Positions 50,063 through 59,163 of a stretch of 64,000 bases of DNA are shown one piece after another. The notes below the pieces were generated by a model. It was given only the letters and a program-made list of their open reading frames with translations, made no database searches and was not told where the DNA came from. Each line of letters starts with the position of its first letter. Positions within the stretch are counted from its first letter, which is position 1. Origin of the DNA: Thermoplasmatota archaeon. Lineage in GTDB: Archaea; Thermoplasmatota; Penumbrarchaeia; Penumbrarchaeales; Penumbrarchaeaceae. The position numbers and the translations under genes were made by a program. The stretch covers positions 3,266 through 67,265 of the forward strand of contig JAFGLL010000121.1 of NCBI GenBank assembly GCA_016928095.1, in the 5' to 3' direction.

Positions 50063-51058
50063 ATGCAGGGGAACGTCATCGATATCGGGCAGGCTAGACG
50101 GAGCAGGAGACTTTACAGCCCCATCCGCACATGGCTGGTCATCAGCATCATCTTGACCTTTGTCCATATCCCGGTCTGGATGGTAGAGGTCGCAACCAAT
50201 AACAGCTGCTACACTCTTATCGTCGGCGCTTTTCTTTTCCCCCTTGTCCCAGGTCTGATCTTTGCCTTCATTTACCAGGACCTGAACACCATTCCCGCAA
50301 GGGTGGAGCTGTATGCCGACACGCTCAGGTTCGTCTACATCAGGGGTTCCAAGATAACGAATGTGGACATTCCCTGGGGAGAGATCATCGAGATCATCCC
50401 CTATGACAAGCTTCGAACCAGCAGGAACAGGGAGGTAAGGCTTCATTATCTTGACAGGGCAGGGATGGACCTGATCCTTTCACTGATCGAGTCCCCGGAG
50501 AAGCTGGATATCTCCGATGTGGTGAGCCTCATGAACCTTGACCGTGCATCCAGAAGGTTCCGGGTGGAACCAGCAGGATGTCTCAACCTACCTAATGACT
50601 CTGCCGCGATCAAGACCAACGCCATAGTGTATTGTATTTTCCTGGTTCCGTTAAACCTTCTTTTGCTGACGGTCCTCATGATCTCGTTGTCCATGGGAGA
50701 GGTAATAATAGCAATACTGGGGGGCACCACGCTTCTGCTCTTTTTGATCATTTCGGTCCTTCTTATGGTGATCATGTTCAGGACCATGAAGGCAAAGGAG
50801 CTTTACATAGACAGGACCGGTGCAAGGGTGATCACGAAGGACGGCCCACTCTGGGACCTCAGCTGGAGGGAGATCGAGAAGGTCACCAATAACAGGGGGA
50901 AGTCGAACTCGTGGGTGACGTTCCAGCCCATAAAGGGAAAAGCAGTTTCCGTTGCTTGTAGCGAATATAAATTGGATGATCTGAAGACCGCCTTCAAGCT
51001 CGCTCAGGACTACTGCATGTACCACAGGATACCTGTAATAAATACACTGGGGTGGTGA
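50063..51058 (+). CDS. membrane protein with duplicated (2 TM + PH-like beta domain) architecture
   Basis: Two TM pairs, each followed by a similar unit (RVELYAD...DIPWGEIIEI; KELYIDR...DLSWREIEKV). Confidence 0.75.
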   Translation: MQGNVIDIGQARRSRRLYSPIRTWLVISIILTFVHIPVWMVEVATNNSCYTLIVGAFLFPLVPGLIFAFIYQDLNTIPARVELYADTLRFVYIRGSKITNVDIPWGEIIEIIPYDKLRTSRNREVRLHYLDRAGMDLILSLIESPEKLDISDVVSLMNLDRASRRFRVEPAGCLNLPNDSAAIKTNAIVYCIFLVPLNLLLLTVLMISLSMGEVIIAILGGTTLLLFLIISVLLMVIMFRTMKAKELYIDRTGARVITKDGPLWDLSWREIEKVTNNRGKSNSWVTFQPIKGKAVSVACSEYKLDDLKTAFKLAQDYCMYHRIPVINTLGW

Positions 51059-51204
51059 CCATTGTTCACATAACCCTTATATAATTCAAGCAAGGCCAGC
51101 ACCACATCCCCGCTGTTCACAGAACCCATTTTAATAATGCACCAATTCGAATATCATTCACAAATGGAGGTCATCTTGGGACTTCTTTCTGAGGAGGCAA
51201 TGAA

Positions 51205-54200
51205 ATGAGGAGAGCCATTTCGTTCATCATCATGATAATGGTGGCTGTGAGCGGCGCGATGGTCATGCTCGGAATGGGCAAGGGTGTTGACGGGGAGCTT
51301 CTGAACGGAGATATTCTCACAACACGGCTCCCCATCTTGATCACGGGGAATTCAGATCTCACCTCGACGAACGGGGTCTCGTCAGGTTCCGGGTCCATTT
51401 CCGATCCGTACATCATCGAGAATTGGAAGATCAGTGCGAGTTCCATCAACGCCATCACCATATCGGATACCAACGCGCATCTCGTAATACGGAACTGCTG
51501 GATCAAAGATGGGAGGGAGACCGGAGAAGCATACATGTTCGATGCAATGAGATTGGAAAACGTTAAGAACCTAACGATCTCAAACTGTCTTCTTGAGAAC
51601 AATTACCGGGGTGTCTCGGGATCGGGGTGCCAACAGATCATCCTCAATAACAATACCTGCAACGGGAATGCAGACGGAATAAGCTTCCGAGAAGGGGGAC
51701 GCAATATAACCATAAGCTCCAATTCATTCAGCAATAATGGTGTAGGCATAGAGCTTGAGACAGATGTGGACTATTGCCATTTGGCAAATAACACCATCCT
51801 GAGGAGCAGGGTCGCCGGGATCATGGTGGATTTCGATTGCGAGAACAATATCATAGAATACAACAATTGCACGGAGACTTACGATGATCTTATCAAGAAC
51901 GATCGATCGGGCGAAGGAATCCGGATCTACGAGAGTTCGAACAATATCATCAGGTACAACAATTGCAGCGGAAACTCGGGAAGGGGGATCTCGATCCAGG
52001 AGTCGGATGAGAACCTGATGTCGGGGAACATTCTGATGGACAACAAAGCTACAGGAGACGGTTTCAACATGTTCGGAGTTGTACTTACAGGGTCCAAGAA
52101 CAATATCCTAAAAGACAATACGTTCATCGACTGCGGCATCCGCTTCTATCCCTACGATATCAATGAGACTATCACCAATACCATCGAATCTACGAACAAG
52201 ATCAATGGCAAGGACATACTGTTCATGACGGAGAGCAGGACAGAGGAGACCATAACGGGAGATCTCGGTCAGGTGATCCTCGTGAACTGCGAACACAAGT
52301 GGATAAAGGACATGAGCTTCGATGGGGTCTCACCGGGCGTCACGATCATAGAATCCTTTGGGATAGAGGTCTCGAACGTGGATTTCCTGAATGTAGTAGA
52401 GGCCATTGTTGTCGAGAAAAGCCAGGGTATTAGCATATGGGAGATAGAGATCACAAATTTCGGTTACGGTATTCAATTCGACGAATGCAGTTTGTCAGGT
52501 GTCTATAATAGTACAATGAGATCAGGGACCGATGGGATCCATTGTATAGGTATCTTCAATTCGACCATTGAATACGACGAGCTGCTGAATGTCGAAACCG
52601 GCATATGGGTAGGTGAGCTCGATCCGTCCAGTGATGTCCTCATCAAGGAGAACAAGGTCTCCGGTGGCAAACTGGGGATCTGGGTCGATGGCGGCCGCCA
52701 CCGCGTACTTCGGAACCTGATCGATTCGAACACCGAACGCGGCCTTGGTATCATGGGAGAGGATATAATGATCTCTCAGAACCAGATCCTCGGGAACGGG
52801 TACGGGATCAGAGCTGAATACAATACCGCAGCCGTCATCGAAAGGAACGTAATAATGTGGAACGATGTCGGAATATATTCCGAGAACAACAAGGTCCAGC
52901 TACTCATCACAAAGAATAACATCTCAAACAACGATGGTTACGCTCTGGACTTCTATTATGATCAGATCAATGGAAATACGATATATTTGAACTCCTTCCA
53001 TAACAATAACAATGGCGGCATTCAGGCAAGGGACAGGGGACAGAGAAGCATTTGGGACAATGGGACGGACAAGGGAAATTACTGGATCGATTATAAGGAC
53101 AGATACGTCCCCGGAGCGACCAATGATGGAACGGTCTGGGACACTCCGTATATCGTTGCCGGAGGAACCTGGTCAAAGGACAATTATCCGCTCGTGTCAT
53201 CACCGATTTCCCTGCCCAAGATGCTCCGGGTGTCGAGGAACCATCGGACCACAGCGCCCATCGGCAAGGATTACATGGTCCAATACACAGCGCTTTACTC
53301 CGGAGACCGGCTCGACAACATCACGTGGAATTTCAACACCGATGCCGGTTGGCTGTCGTTCACCGGCGAACATGTTCTTGAAGGAAGACCCTCACAGTCG
53401 GATACTGGCTCTTATTGGGCAAATATATCGGTGACGGACGGGGTCCTATCCGATTTCACTAACTTCACCGTCAAGGTCACCGAGGTCAACATTCGTCCCC
53501 GGATAACGACGGCCAATAAAACGTCCGTGGACCAATGGCAAAGATATCGGGTGGATTACGATGCGGTCGATGATGGCGACTACCTCGAATGGAGGCTAGT
53601 CACGGAAGCATCCTTCCTCTCGATCGATAGCCAGACCGGGGTCCTCTCCGGGGTTCCTGGTCTGAACGACGTGGGAACCTTCTTCGTCAATGTATCGGTG
53701 AATGATGGTGAACTGTGGGACGAAGCGATCTTCTACCTCAGAGTGAAGGACGTGAACGATCCGCCAATGCAGAACGCATCGAGACCCTACCTGACCTTGC
53801 TCGAGGATACCCCTCTCAAGATCCCGATGTCGCAGCTTTTCTTCAACTACGATAACGATCCGATGTCGTTCTTTATTTCCGGCGGGACCAAGATCAACGC
53901 GAGCATCGATAACGGATCCAACCTGGACATCGTTCCGGATGCCGATTGGTTCGGAACGGATGAGCTGACCTTTAACGTTTCAGACGGTTTCTACAATAAG
54001 ACCTTCGTGATCGATGTGATCGTCCAGCCGGTGAACGATGCGCCAAGGGATCTCAGGATCTCTTTTGCCTCCATCGATCTCGTGGAGGGCGGCAACCAGA
54101 TCGTATCGGCGGAATATCTGGACCCCGACATAGATGACGGGGCGAACGTGAGCTGGTATATAGATGGGATCCTCGTCAGCAATGCGCTGACGTTCAACCT

Positions 54201-54792
54201 GTCCCTTCCCGAGGGAAATTACAGCCTCACCCTCAGGATAACGGATTCTCACGGGAACTACACGGAGATCACTGTTCCGATCATGGTCGAAGGTCAGGTT
54301 AGCATCCCCCGAGAAAATGAAACCGATCGAACATGGCTTCTCTTTCTGCTCCTCCCCTTCATCGCCCTCCTTGCCATCGGGGTTGTGATCTACATCCTGC
54401 GCAGACGATCGAGGGTCGAGAATGCAGGGGAAGAGCCTGCCCCTTCGGCTCGATCTTCGATCGGCAGGAAAGCCCCGGGTCCCCCTTCCCTCGAACTTGA
54501 GCCAAGGACATCAATGAGGGTTGACAGGATCATGACCGGGCATCTGGAGTACCCGGATGAGATCGAAGAGGAGCCCATCATGGAAAGCATCGAGAATCCC
54601 TGGTCCCGGAGGTTCGATGATGAGCTTCATGAAATAATGGAAGAGGCTCTGAAGGATGGAATATCGCTTCGGGACGACATCGCCATCTCGGCTCTGATAA
54701 AAAGATTGAAAAGGAAACACCTCGATGGCGAACTCTCGAAGGGAGATTACAGGAGGTTAAGGTCCGGACTCGAAAGGATCCTCGAGGAATGA
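51205..54792 (+). CDS. surface protein: NosD/CASH right-handed beta-helix + putative Ig/cadherin-like repeats + PKD + TM + cytoplasmic tail
   Basis: GSGSISDPYIIENW, many N..GI.....NN repeats, GNYWIDY, VNDPP/VNDAP cadherin-like ends, TM followed by RRRSR. Confidence 0.88.
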   Translation: MRRAISFIIMIMVAVSGAMVMLGMGKGVDGELLNGDILTTRLPILITGNSDLTSTNGVSSGSGSISDPYIIENWKISASSINAITISDTNAHLVIRNCWIKDGRETGEAYMFDAMRLENVKNLTISNCLLENNYRGVSGSGCQQIILNNNTCNGNADGISFREGGRNITISSNSFSNNGVGIELETDVDYCHLANNTILRSRVAGIMVDFDCENNIIEYNNCTETYDDLIKNDRSGEGIRIYESSNNIIRYNNCSGNSGRGISIQESDENLMSGNILMDNKATGDGFNMFGVVLTGSKNNILKDNTFIDCGIRFYPYDINETITNTIESTNKINGKDILFMTESRTEETITGDLGQVILVNCEHKWIKDMSFDGVSPGVTIIESFGIEVSNVDFLNVVEAIVVEKSQGISIWEIEITNFGYGIQFDECSLSGVYNSTMRSGTDGIHCIGIFNSTIEYDELLNVETGIWVGELDPSSDVLIKENKVSGGKLGIWVDGGRHRVLRNLIDSNTERGLGIMGEDIMISQNQILGNGYGIRAEYNTAAVIERNVIMWNDVGIYSENNKVQLLITKNNISNNDGYALDFYYDQINGNTIYLNSFHNNNNGGIQARDRGQRSIWDNGTDKGNYWIDYKDRYVPGATNDGTVWDTPYIVAGGTWSKDNYPLVSSPISLPKMLRVSRNHRTTAPIGKDYMVQYTALYSGDRLDNITWNFNTDAGWLSFTGEHVLEGRPSQSDTGSYWANISVTDGVLSDFTNFTVKVTEVNIRPRITTANKTSVDQWQRYRVDYDAVDDGDYLEWRLVTEASFLSIDSQTGVLSGVPGLNDVGTFFVNVSVNDGELWDEAIFYLRVKDVNDPPMQNASRPYLTLLEDTPLKIPMSQLFFNYDNDPMSFFISGGTKINASIDNGSNLDIVPDADWFGTDELTFNVSDGFYNKTFVIDVIVQPVNDAPRDLRISFASIDLVEGGNQIVSAEYLDPDIDDGANVSWYIDGILVSNALTFNLSLPEGNYSLTLRITDSHGNYTEITVPIMVEGQVSIPRENETDRTWLLFLLLPFIALLAIGVVIYILRRRSRVENAGEEPAPSARSSIGRKAPGPPSLELEPRTSMRVDRIMTGHLEYPDEIEEEPIMESIENPWSRRFDDELHEIMEEALKDGISLRDDIAISALIKRLKRKHLDGELSKGDYRRLRSGLERILEE

Positions 54793-54811
54793 TCTCCGGA
54801 GGTGCCCCGAA

Positions 54812-55360
54812 ATGGAGGGAGAGGTTTCAAGGGACCACCGCACAAGGAAGCTCCTGAAGGAGTACATCAGCGAGAACCCCGGGGTCACCTTCAGGTTCCT
54901 GATGAGCGCCCTGAACCTGAACAAGGGCACCCTGACATATCACCTGGGTTACCTCCTTCGAAAAAGGGTGATCGTCCAGGAGAGGAAAGGTCGTGAAAGA
55001 TGCTATTTCTCCTACATTAAAAAACGGTTCCCATATACCGACCCGGGTCTGAAATTGAATAAAGGGCAGGAGCGCATCCTGGAGGTCATATCCATAGAGC
55101 CGGGGAAATCGGTGGAGCAATTGAGGATCAGGACCGGTCTGAAGAGGTCATCGTTCAATTACGATCTCAACAGGTTGAAGGAATTGAAATTGATCTGGAG
55201 GATCAAGACCGGCGACGGTTACGGTTACGAGCTCGTGACCGAGGAAAAGCTCAGGGAAAGGATGTTCCTTGTCCTGGTATCCAGGTTCACAAAGGGCAAG
55301 ATCGACCGCCAAGCCCTCATGGAGCTGGTTGATGAACTGTCCGTCGAGCGGGACGGGTGA
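54812..55360 (+). CDS. double winged-helix transcription regulator
   Basis: Two wHTH units (YISENPGVTF...GTLTYHL..L; ISIEPGKSV...SSFNYDLNRL). GGAGGTG SD. Confidence 0.88.
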   Translation: MEGEVSRDHRTRKLLKEYISENPGVTFRFLMSALNLNKGTLTYHLGYLLRKRVIVQERKGRERCYFSYIKKRFPYTDPGLKLNKGQERILEVISIEPGKSVEQLRIRTGLKRSSFNYDLNRLKELKLIWRIKTGDGYGYELVTEEKLRERMFLVLVSRFTKGKIDRQALMELVDELSVERDG

Positions 55361-55361
55361 A

Positions 55362-55391
55362 ATCTCCTAAATATCATGTGGAGATCTTTTT
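55362..55391 (+). terminator. possible terminator after the wHTH gene
   Basis: ATCTCC...GGAGAT stem followed by CTTTTT. Confidence 0.35.
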
Positions 55392-55484
55392 CAATGGGAT
55401 AACTCAGTTCGCTCGCTGCGAACAACCCCGCAAATATGATAAAGGCGAAGAGACCAATTTACCTCCGTTCAGGGGGAAGCCAAA

Positions 55485-55844
55485 ATGGAAAAGAAAGAAA
55501 AAGCAAGCGAGGAGATTACGATCTTTCAGAACCTCGCCGGAAGCTCGAAGAAGATGGGCCATGTGGCACAGGGTGGACTGATGGTTGCCGTTATCGGTCT
55601 GTTATTGAAATTCTTCTTCTATACCTGCAAGGCCCAGGGGATCAAAGGAACTGCAGGGGACATCTTCGAGGGGATCGGCGATTTCTTCGGTCTTCTTGCG
55701 TTTCTGGGTTTCGGTGTCCTGTTGATCGGTCTACTGTCGATCGCCATAGTAGGCAAGGATGTGCATCTATACCTGCGGATCGGCATAATGGTGGCGCTTG
55801 CTTTTATGATCAGGGGGTTGCTTACCTTCGGTCTTTTCTTCTGA
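55485..55844 (+). CDS. small membrane protein (3 TM)
   Basis: GGGGGA SD and three hydrophobic helices. Confidence 0.7.
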   Translation: MEKKEKASEEITIFQNLAGSSKKMGHVAQGGLMVAVIGLLLKFFFYTCKAQGIKGTAGDIFEGIGDFFGLLAFLGFGVLLIGLLSIAIVGKDVHLYLRIGIMVALAFMIRGLLTFGLFF

Positions 55845-55918
55845 ATCGGTCCCCGGATGAGCTTACACGATAGGGGGCATCGGTCAGGAACATCGATGGT
55901 CAGAGGGATCATCGGGTC

Positions 55919-56698
55919 TCAATCATCGGTGAATTCTGGCTTCCTCTTCTCTATGAAAGCTTTCATCCCCTCCTTCTGGTCGTGGGTGGAGAAGGAGGAG
56001 GAGAAATAGGAGATCTCCAGATAGTTGGCGGTCGTCAGGTCTATGTCCGCCCCTTTGTTCACAAGTGCCTTGATGAAGGAGATCTGGACATCGGACTTCG
56101 ATGCGATCTTGCGGGCAAGCTCCATCGCGGTATCCATCAACGCTTCGGGTTCAACTACTCTATTCACGAGCCCAAGTTCATAGGCTTCCTGGGCCGATAT
56201 GCTGTCCCCGGTTAGCAGGAGCTCCTTCGCCCTCATCCTTCCGATATGGCGCGTCAGCCTCTGGGTCCCCCCGAAACCCGGGCTGATCCCCAGATTGATC
56301 TCGGGCTGCCCTATCTTGGCCTTTGTCGATGCAATGGCGATATCGCAGGCCATCATCACCTCGCATCCGCCTCCCAGTGCGAAACCGTTCACCGCGGCGA
56401 TGTACGGAAGTCTCGAAGCCTCGATCCTGTTTAGGAGGTTGTGGCCGTTCTCGGCGAAGACCTTGGCCTGAAGTGGCGTCAGGTCCACCATGAGCTTGAT
56501 ATCCGCACCGGCGATAAAGGACCTACCCTCCCCCGTGAAGATCACAACGGAGATGCTCCTGTCCGTCTCCAGTTCAGAGACGCCTTCCGAAAGCTCTCTG
56601 AGGACATGTTCGTTCAAGGCGTTCATTGCTTCAGGTCTGTTCACCTTGAGAATGGCTACCGGGCCTTGCTTTTCTATGATGATGTTCTGATATCCCAC
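55919..56698 (-). CDS. crt: enoyl-CoA hydratase (crotonase)
   Basis: NRPEAMNALN, FIAGADI, AVNGFALGGGCE, GQPEINLG, GFGGTQRL. GTG start after a GGGGTGA SD. Confidence 0.95.
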   Translation of the reverse strand: MGYQNIIIEKQGPVAILKVNRPEAMNALNEHVLRELSEGVSELETDRSISVVIFTGEGRSFIAGADIKLMVDLTPLQAKVFAENGHNLLNRIEASRLPYIAAVNGFALGGGCEVMMACDIAIASTKAKIGQPEINLGISPGFGGTQRLTRHIGRMRAKELLLTGDSISAQEAYELGLVNRVVEPEALMDTAMELARKIASKSDVQISFIKALVNKGADIDLTTANYLEISYFSSSFSTHDQKEGMKAFIEKRKPEFTDD

Positions 56699-56703
56699 GG
56701 GTC

Positions 56704-57561
56704 TCACCCCTGCGAATGATCGTAGAAACCCCTGCCGGATTTCCTTCCCAGATAACCGGCATGGACCATCTTCTTTAGAAGGGGACAGGGCCTGTACTTG
56801 GGATCGTTGAACCCCTCGTAGAGGACGTTCATGATGCTCAGGCACACATCGAGACCTATCAGATCGGCCAGCGCGAGCGGCCCCATGGGATGGTTCATCC
56901 CGAGTCTCATGACACCGTCAATGGCCTCTGGAGTGCCGACCCCTTCGTAAAGACAGTAGATCGCCTCGTTTATCATGGGCAATAGCACCCTGTTCGAGAC
57001 GAAGCCAGGGCTGTCGTTCACCTCGATGGGTTCCTTTCCCATCTTCCTGGATAGCTCGATTATCATTTCCGTGGTCTCGTCCGATGTACGGAGCCCCCTG
57101 ATGACCTCGATAAGCTTCATGATCGGGACGGGGTTCATGAAGTGCATCCCGATGAACTTTTCTGGTCTTTTCGTGCATGATGCAAGATCCGTTATGGGGA
57201 TCGTCGAAGTATTGGAGGCCAGGACAGTTCCCGGTTTGCATATCGCATCAAGTTTCGAGAACAGTTGTTTCTTTATATCCAGGTTCTCGACGATGGCCTC
57301 GATGATAAGGTCCGAATCTGCGAGCTCGTTCAGGTCGACCGCGCCCTTTATCAGACCCTGTATGGCCTCCTTCTGGGAGGCCTCCATCTTTCCCTTCTCC
57401 ACGCTCTTTGAGAGGAACTTCCCGATCTTTGCCAGACCGCTCTGGACGAACTCGTCCTTGATATCGTTCAGGATCACATCAAAACCGGCCTGGGCTGCGA
57501 CGAGTGCGATCCCATGACCCATCTGACCTGCACCAATGACGCCTATCTTCCTGACTTCCAT
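56704..57561 (-). CDS. hbd: 3-hydroxybutyryl-CoA dehydrogenase
   Basis: [50 protein letters not shown]. Confidence 0.97.
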   Translation of the reverse strand: MEVRKIGVIGAGQMGHGIALVAAQAGFDVILNDIKDEFVQSGLAKIGKFLSKSVEKGKMEASQKEAIQGLIKGAVDLNELADSDLIIEAIVENLDIKKQLFSKLDAICKPGTVLASNTSTIPITDLASCTKRPEKFIGMHFMNPVPIMKLIEVIRGLRTSDETTEMIIELSRKMGKEPIEVNDSPGFVSNRVLLPMINEAIYCLYEGVGTPEAIDGVMRLGMNHPMGPLALADLIGLDVCLSIMNVLYEGFNDPKYRPCPLLKKMVHAGYLGRKSGRGFYDHSQG

Positions 57562-57573
57562 GGCTCTCACCCT

Positions 57574-58755
57574 TCAATCTCTCTCCACGATCATGCTCAC
57601 GGCGTTACCTCCACCAAGGCAGATCGTTGCAAGCCCCCTGTGCTTTCCAAGCCTCTTCATGTTGTGGAGCAAGGTCACCAGTATCCTGCATCCACTTGAG
57701 CCTATCGGATGGCCGATGGCCACGGCTCCACCGTTTATGTTGATCTTCTCCCTGGGGATGCCGACCTCCTTCATGAGCCCCACGGATGCGGATGAAAAGG
57801 CTTCATTATGCTCCACGAGGTCTATGTCATCTATGGTGAACCCGGTCTTTTCGAAAAGCTGTCGGACACCCGGGATGACAGCATACATTACAAGCTCGGG
57901 CTTGACACCGACAGTGTTGTAATCCACTATCCTTCCGAGGACCTCGAGACCGAGCTCTTTTGCCTTATCATCGCTCATGACGACGACAGCCGATGCTCCG
58001 TCCGATATCTGGGAAGAGTTACCCGCGGTCACGACCCCCCCCTCCTTGAAGAAAGGTTTCAGCCTGGCCATTCCCTCCGGGGAGGCATCGTACCTTATCC
58101 CTTCGTCCTTGTCGAAAATGATCGGGTCACCTTTTTTCTGGGGTATCACGATGGGGATTATCTCGTCCTTGAACAGACCTTCGTTCGTAGCTCTGGCAGC
58201 CTTCTCGTGGCTCCATGCTGCGAACTCGTCTATCTCCTGCCGGTTCAGTCCGCATTTCTCCGCTATTACCTCACCTGTGTTCCCCATGTGGAAGTCATTG
58301 TAGATGTCCCAGAGCCCGTCCGTTACCATGGAATCGATGACCTTGCCCTCGAACATCCTGTAACCGAACCTTGCCTTGTCAAGTATGTAGGGGCAGTTCG
58401 TCATGCTCTCCATCCCGCCCGCTACAATGATATCGGCATCGCCCAATTTGATCGCCTGTGCGGCCAGGATCACAGCTTTAAGGGAGGATCCGCAGACCTT
58501 GTCCACATGGAGAGCGCCCACTTCAACGGGAACCCCCGCACCTATGGCTGCCTGGCGGGCCACATTCTGACCCTGTCCCGCGGATACGACATTCCCCATG
58601 ATCACCTCGTCAACATCCTCCGGCCTTATACCAGCCCTCTCGATGGCGTTCTTGATCACGATGCTGCCAAGCTTCGTTGCTGTGTGGTCCTTCAATGCGC
58701 CAGAGAACTTGCCTTGAGCCGTCCTTACTGCTGAAACGATGACTGCCTGTCTCAT
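57574..58755 (-). CDS. thl: acetyl-CoA acetyltransferase (bacterial-type thiolase)
   Basis: KVCGSS, AGGMESM, TAGNSS, NEAF, GHPIGSSG, CLGGG. Confidence 0.97.
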   Translation of the reverse strand: MRQAVIVSAVRTAQGKFSGALKDHTATKLGSIVIKNAIERAGIRPEDVDEVIMGNVVSAGQGQNVARQAAIGAGVPVEVGALHVDKVCGSSLKAVILAAQAIKLGDADIIVAGGMESMTNCPYILDKARFGYRMFEGKVIDSMVTDGLWDIYNDFHMGNTGEVIAEKCGLNRQEIDEFAAWSHEKAARATNEGLFKDEIIPIVIPQKKGDPIIFDKDEGIRYDASPEGMARLKPFFKEGGVVTAGNSSQISDGASAVVVMSDDKAKELGLEVLGRIVDYNTVGVKPELVMYAVIPGVRQLFEKTGFTIDDIDLVEHNEAFSSASVGLMKEVGIPREKININGGAVAIGHPIGSSGCRILVTLLHNMKRLGKHRGLATICLGGGNAVSMIVERD

Positions 58756-58910
58756 AAAAATCCCGCCTTTAGGAGAAACCGACGGCCGTATTGTGATATT
58801 CTGATAAAACGTTTCCTATACTCATGCAACGGCTACAGGATGAAGGGCTACGTTTCCAAAAATGAAGTTGAAGGTCCGTCCCTTTTGTTAATATAATGCT
58901 CAGGGCAGAG

Positions 58911-58923
58911 AAACGTTTATAAG
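58911..58923 (+). promoter_or_regulatory. BRE/TATA promoter upstream of the small ORF
   Basis: GAAACG followed by TTTATAAG. Confidence 0.6.
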
Positions 58924-58957
58924 CGCTCAGTCCAATTTAATCATTCGGTGGTCTGGG

Positions 58958-59089
58958 ATGAACCGAATGATAAGGTCTGATTCGAGCATTTACTCCCTCA
59001 GGATGAAATGCTTCTACATCAGCGAGGATTACAGGCCCCTACCTGACAACAAGGGCAGGGAATATCTAAAGGACATTTTCGAAGACTGA
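58958..59089 (+). CDS. putative 43-aa small protein (below the ORF-track cutoff)
   Basis: MNRMIRSDSSIYSLRMKCFYISEDYRPLPDNKGREYLKDIFED*, with TATA and a GGTGG SD upstream, in an otherwise empty 400-nt gap. Confidence 0.5.
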   Translation: MNRMIRSDSSIYSLRMKCFYISEDYRPLPDNKGREYLKDIFED

Positions 59090-59163
59090 GCCATGGATGG
59101 TCCCGGAAGAGAAAATATGACATTGGCTCCAGATGGTAATGGTCGGTCAATGGATGTTTTTCC

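Noticed and set aside
58950-59050. Possible C/D-box sRNA (GATGA/CTGA words)
   Set aside because: No consensus RUGAUGA box with proper spacing. The small ORF explains the region better.
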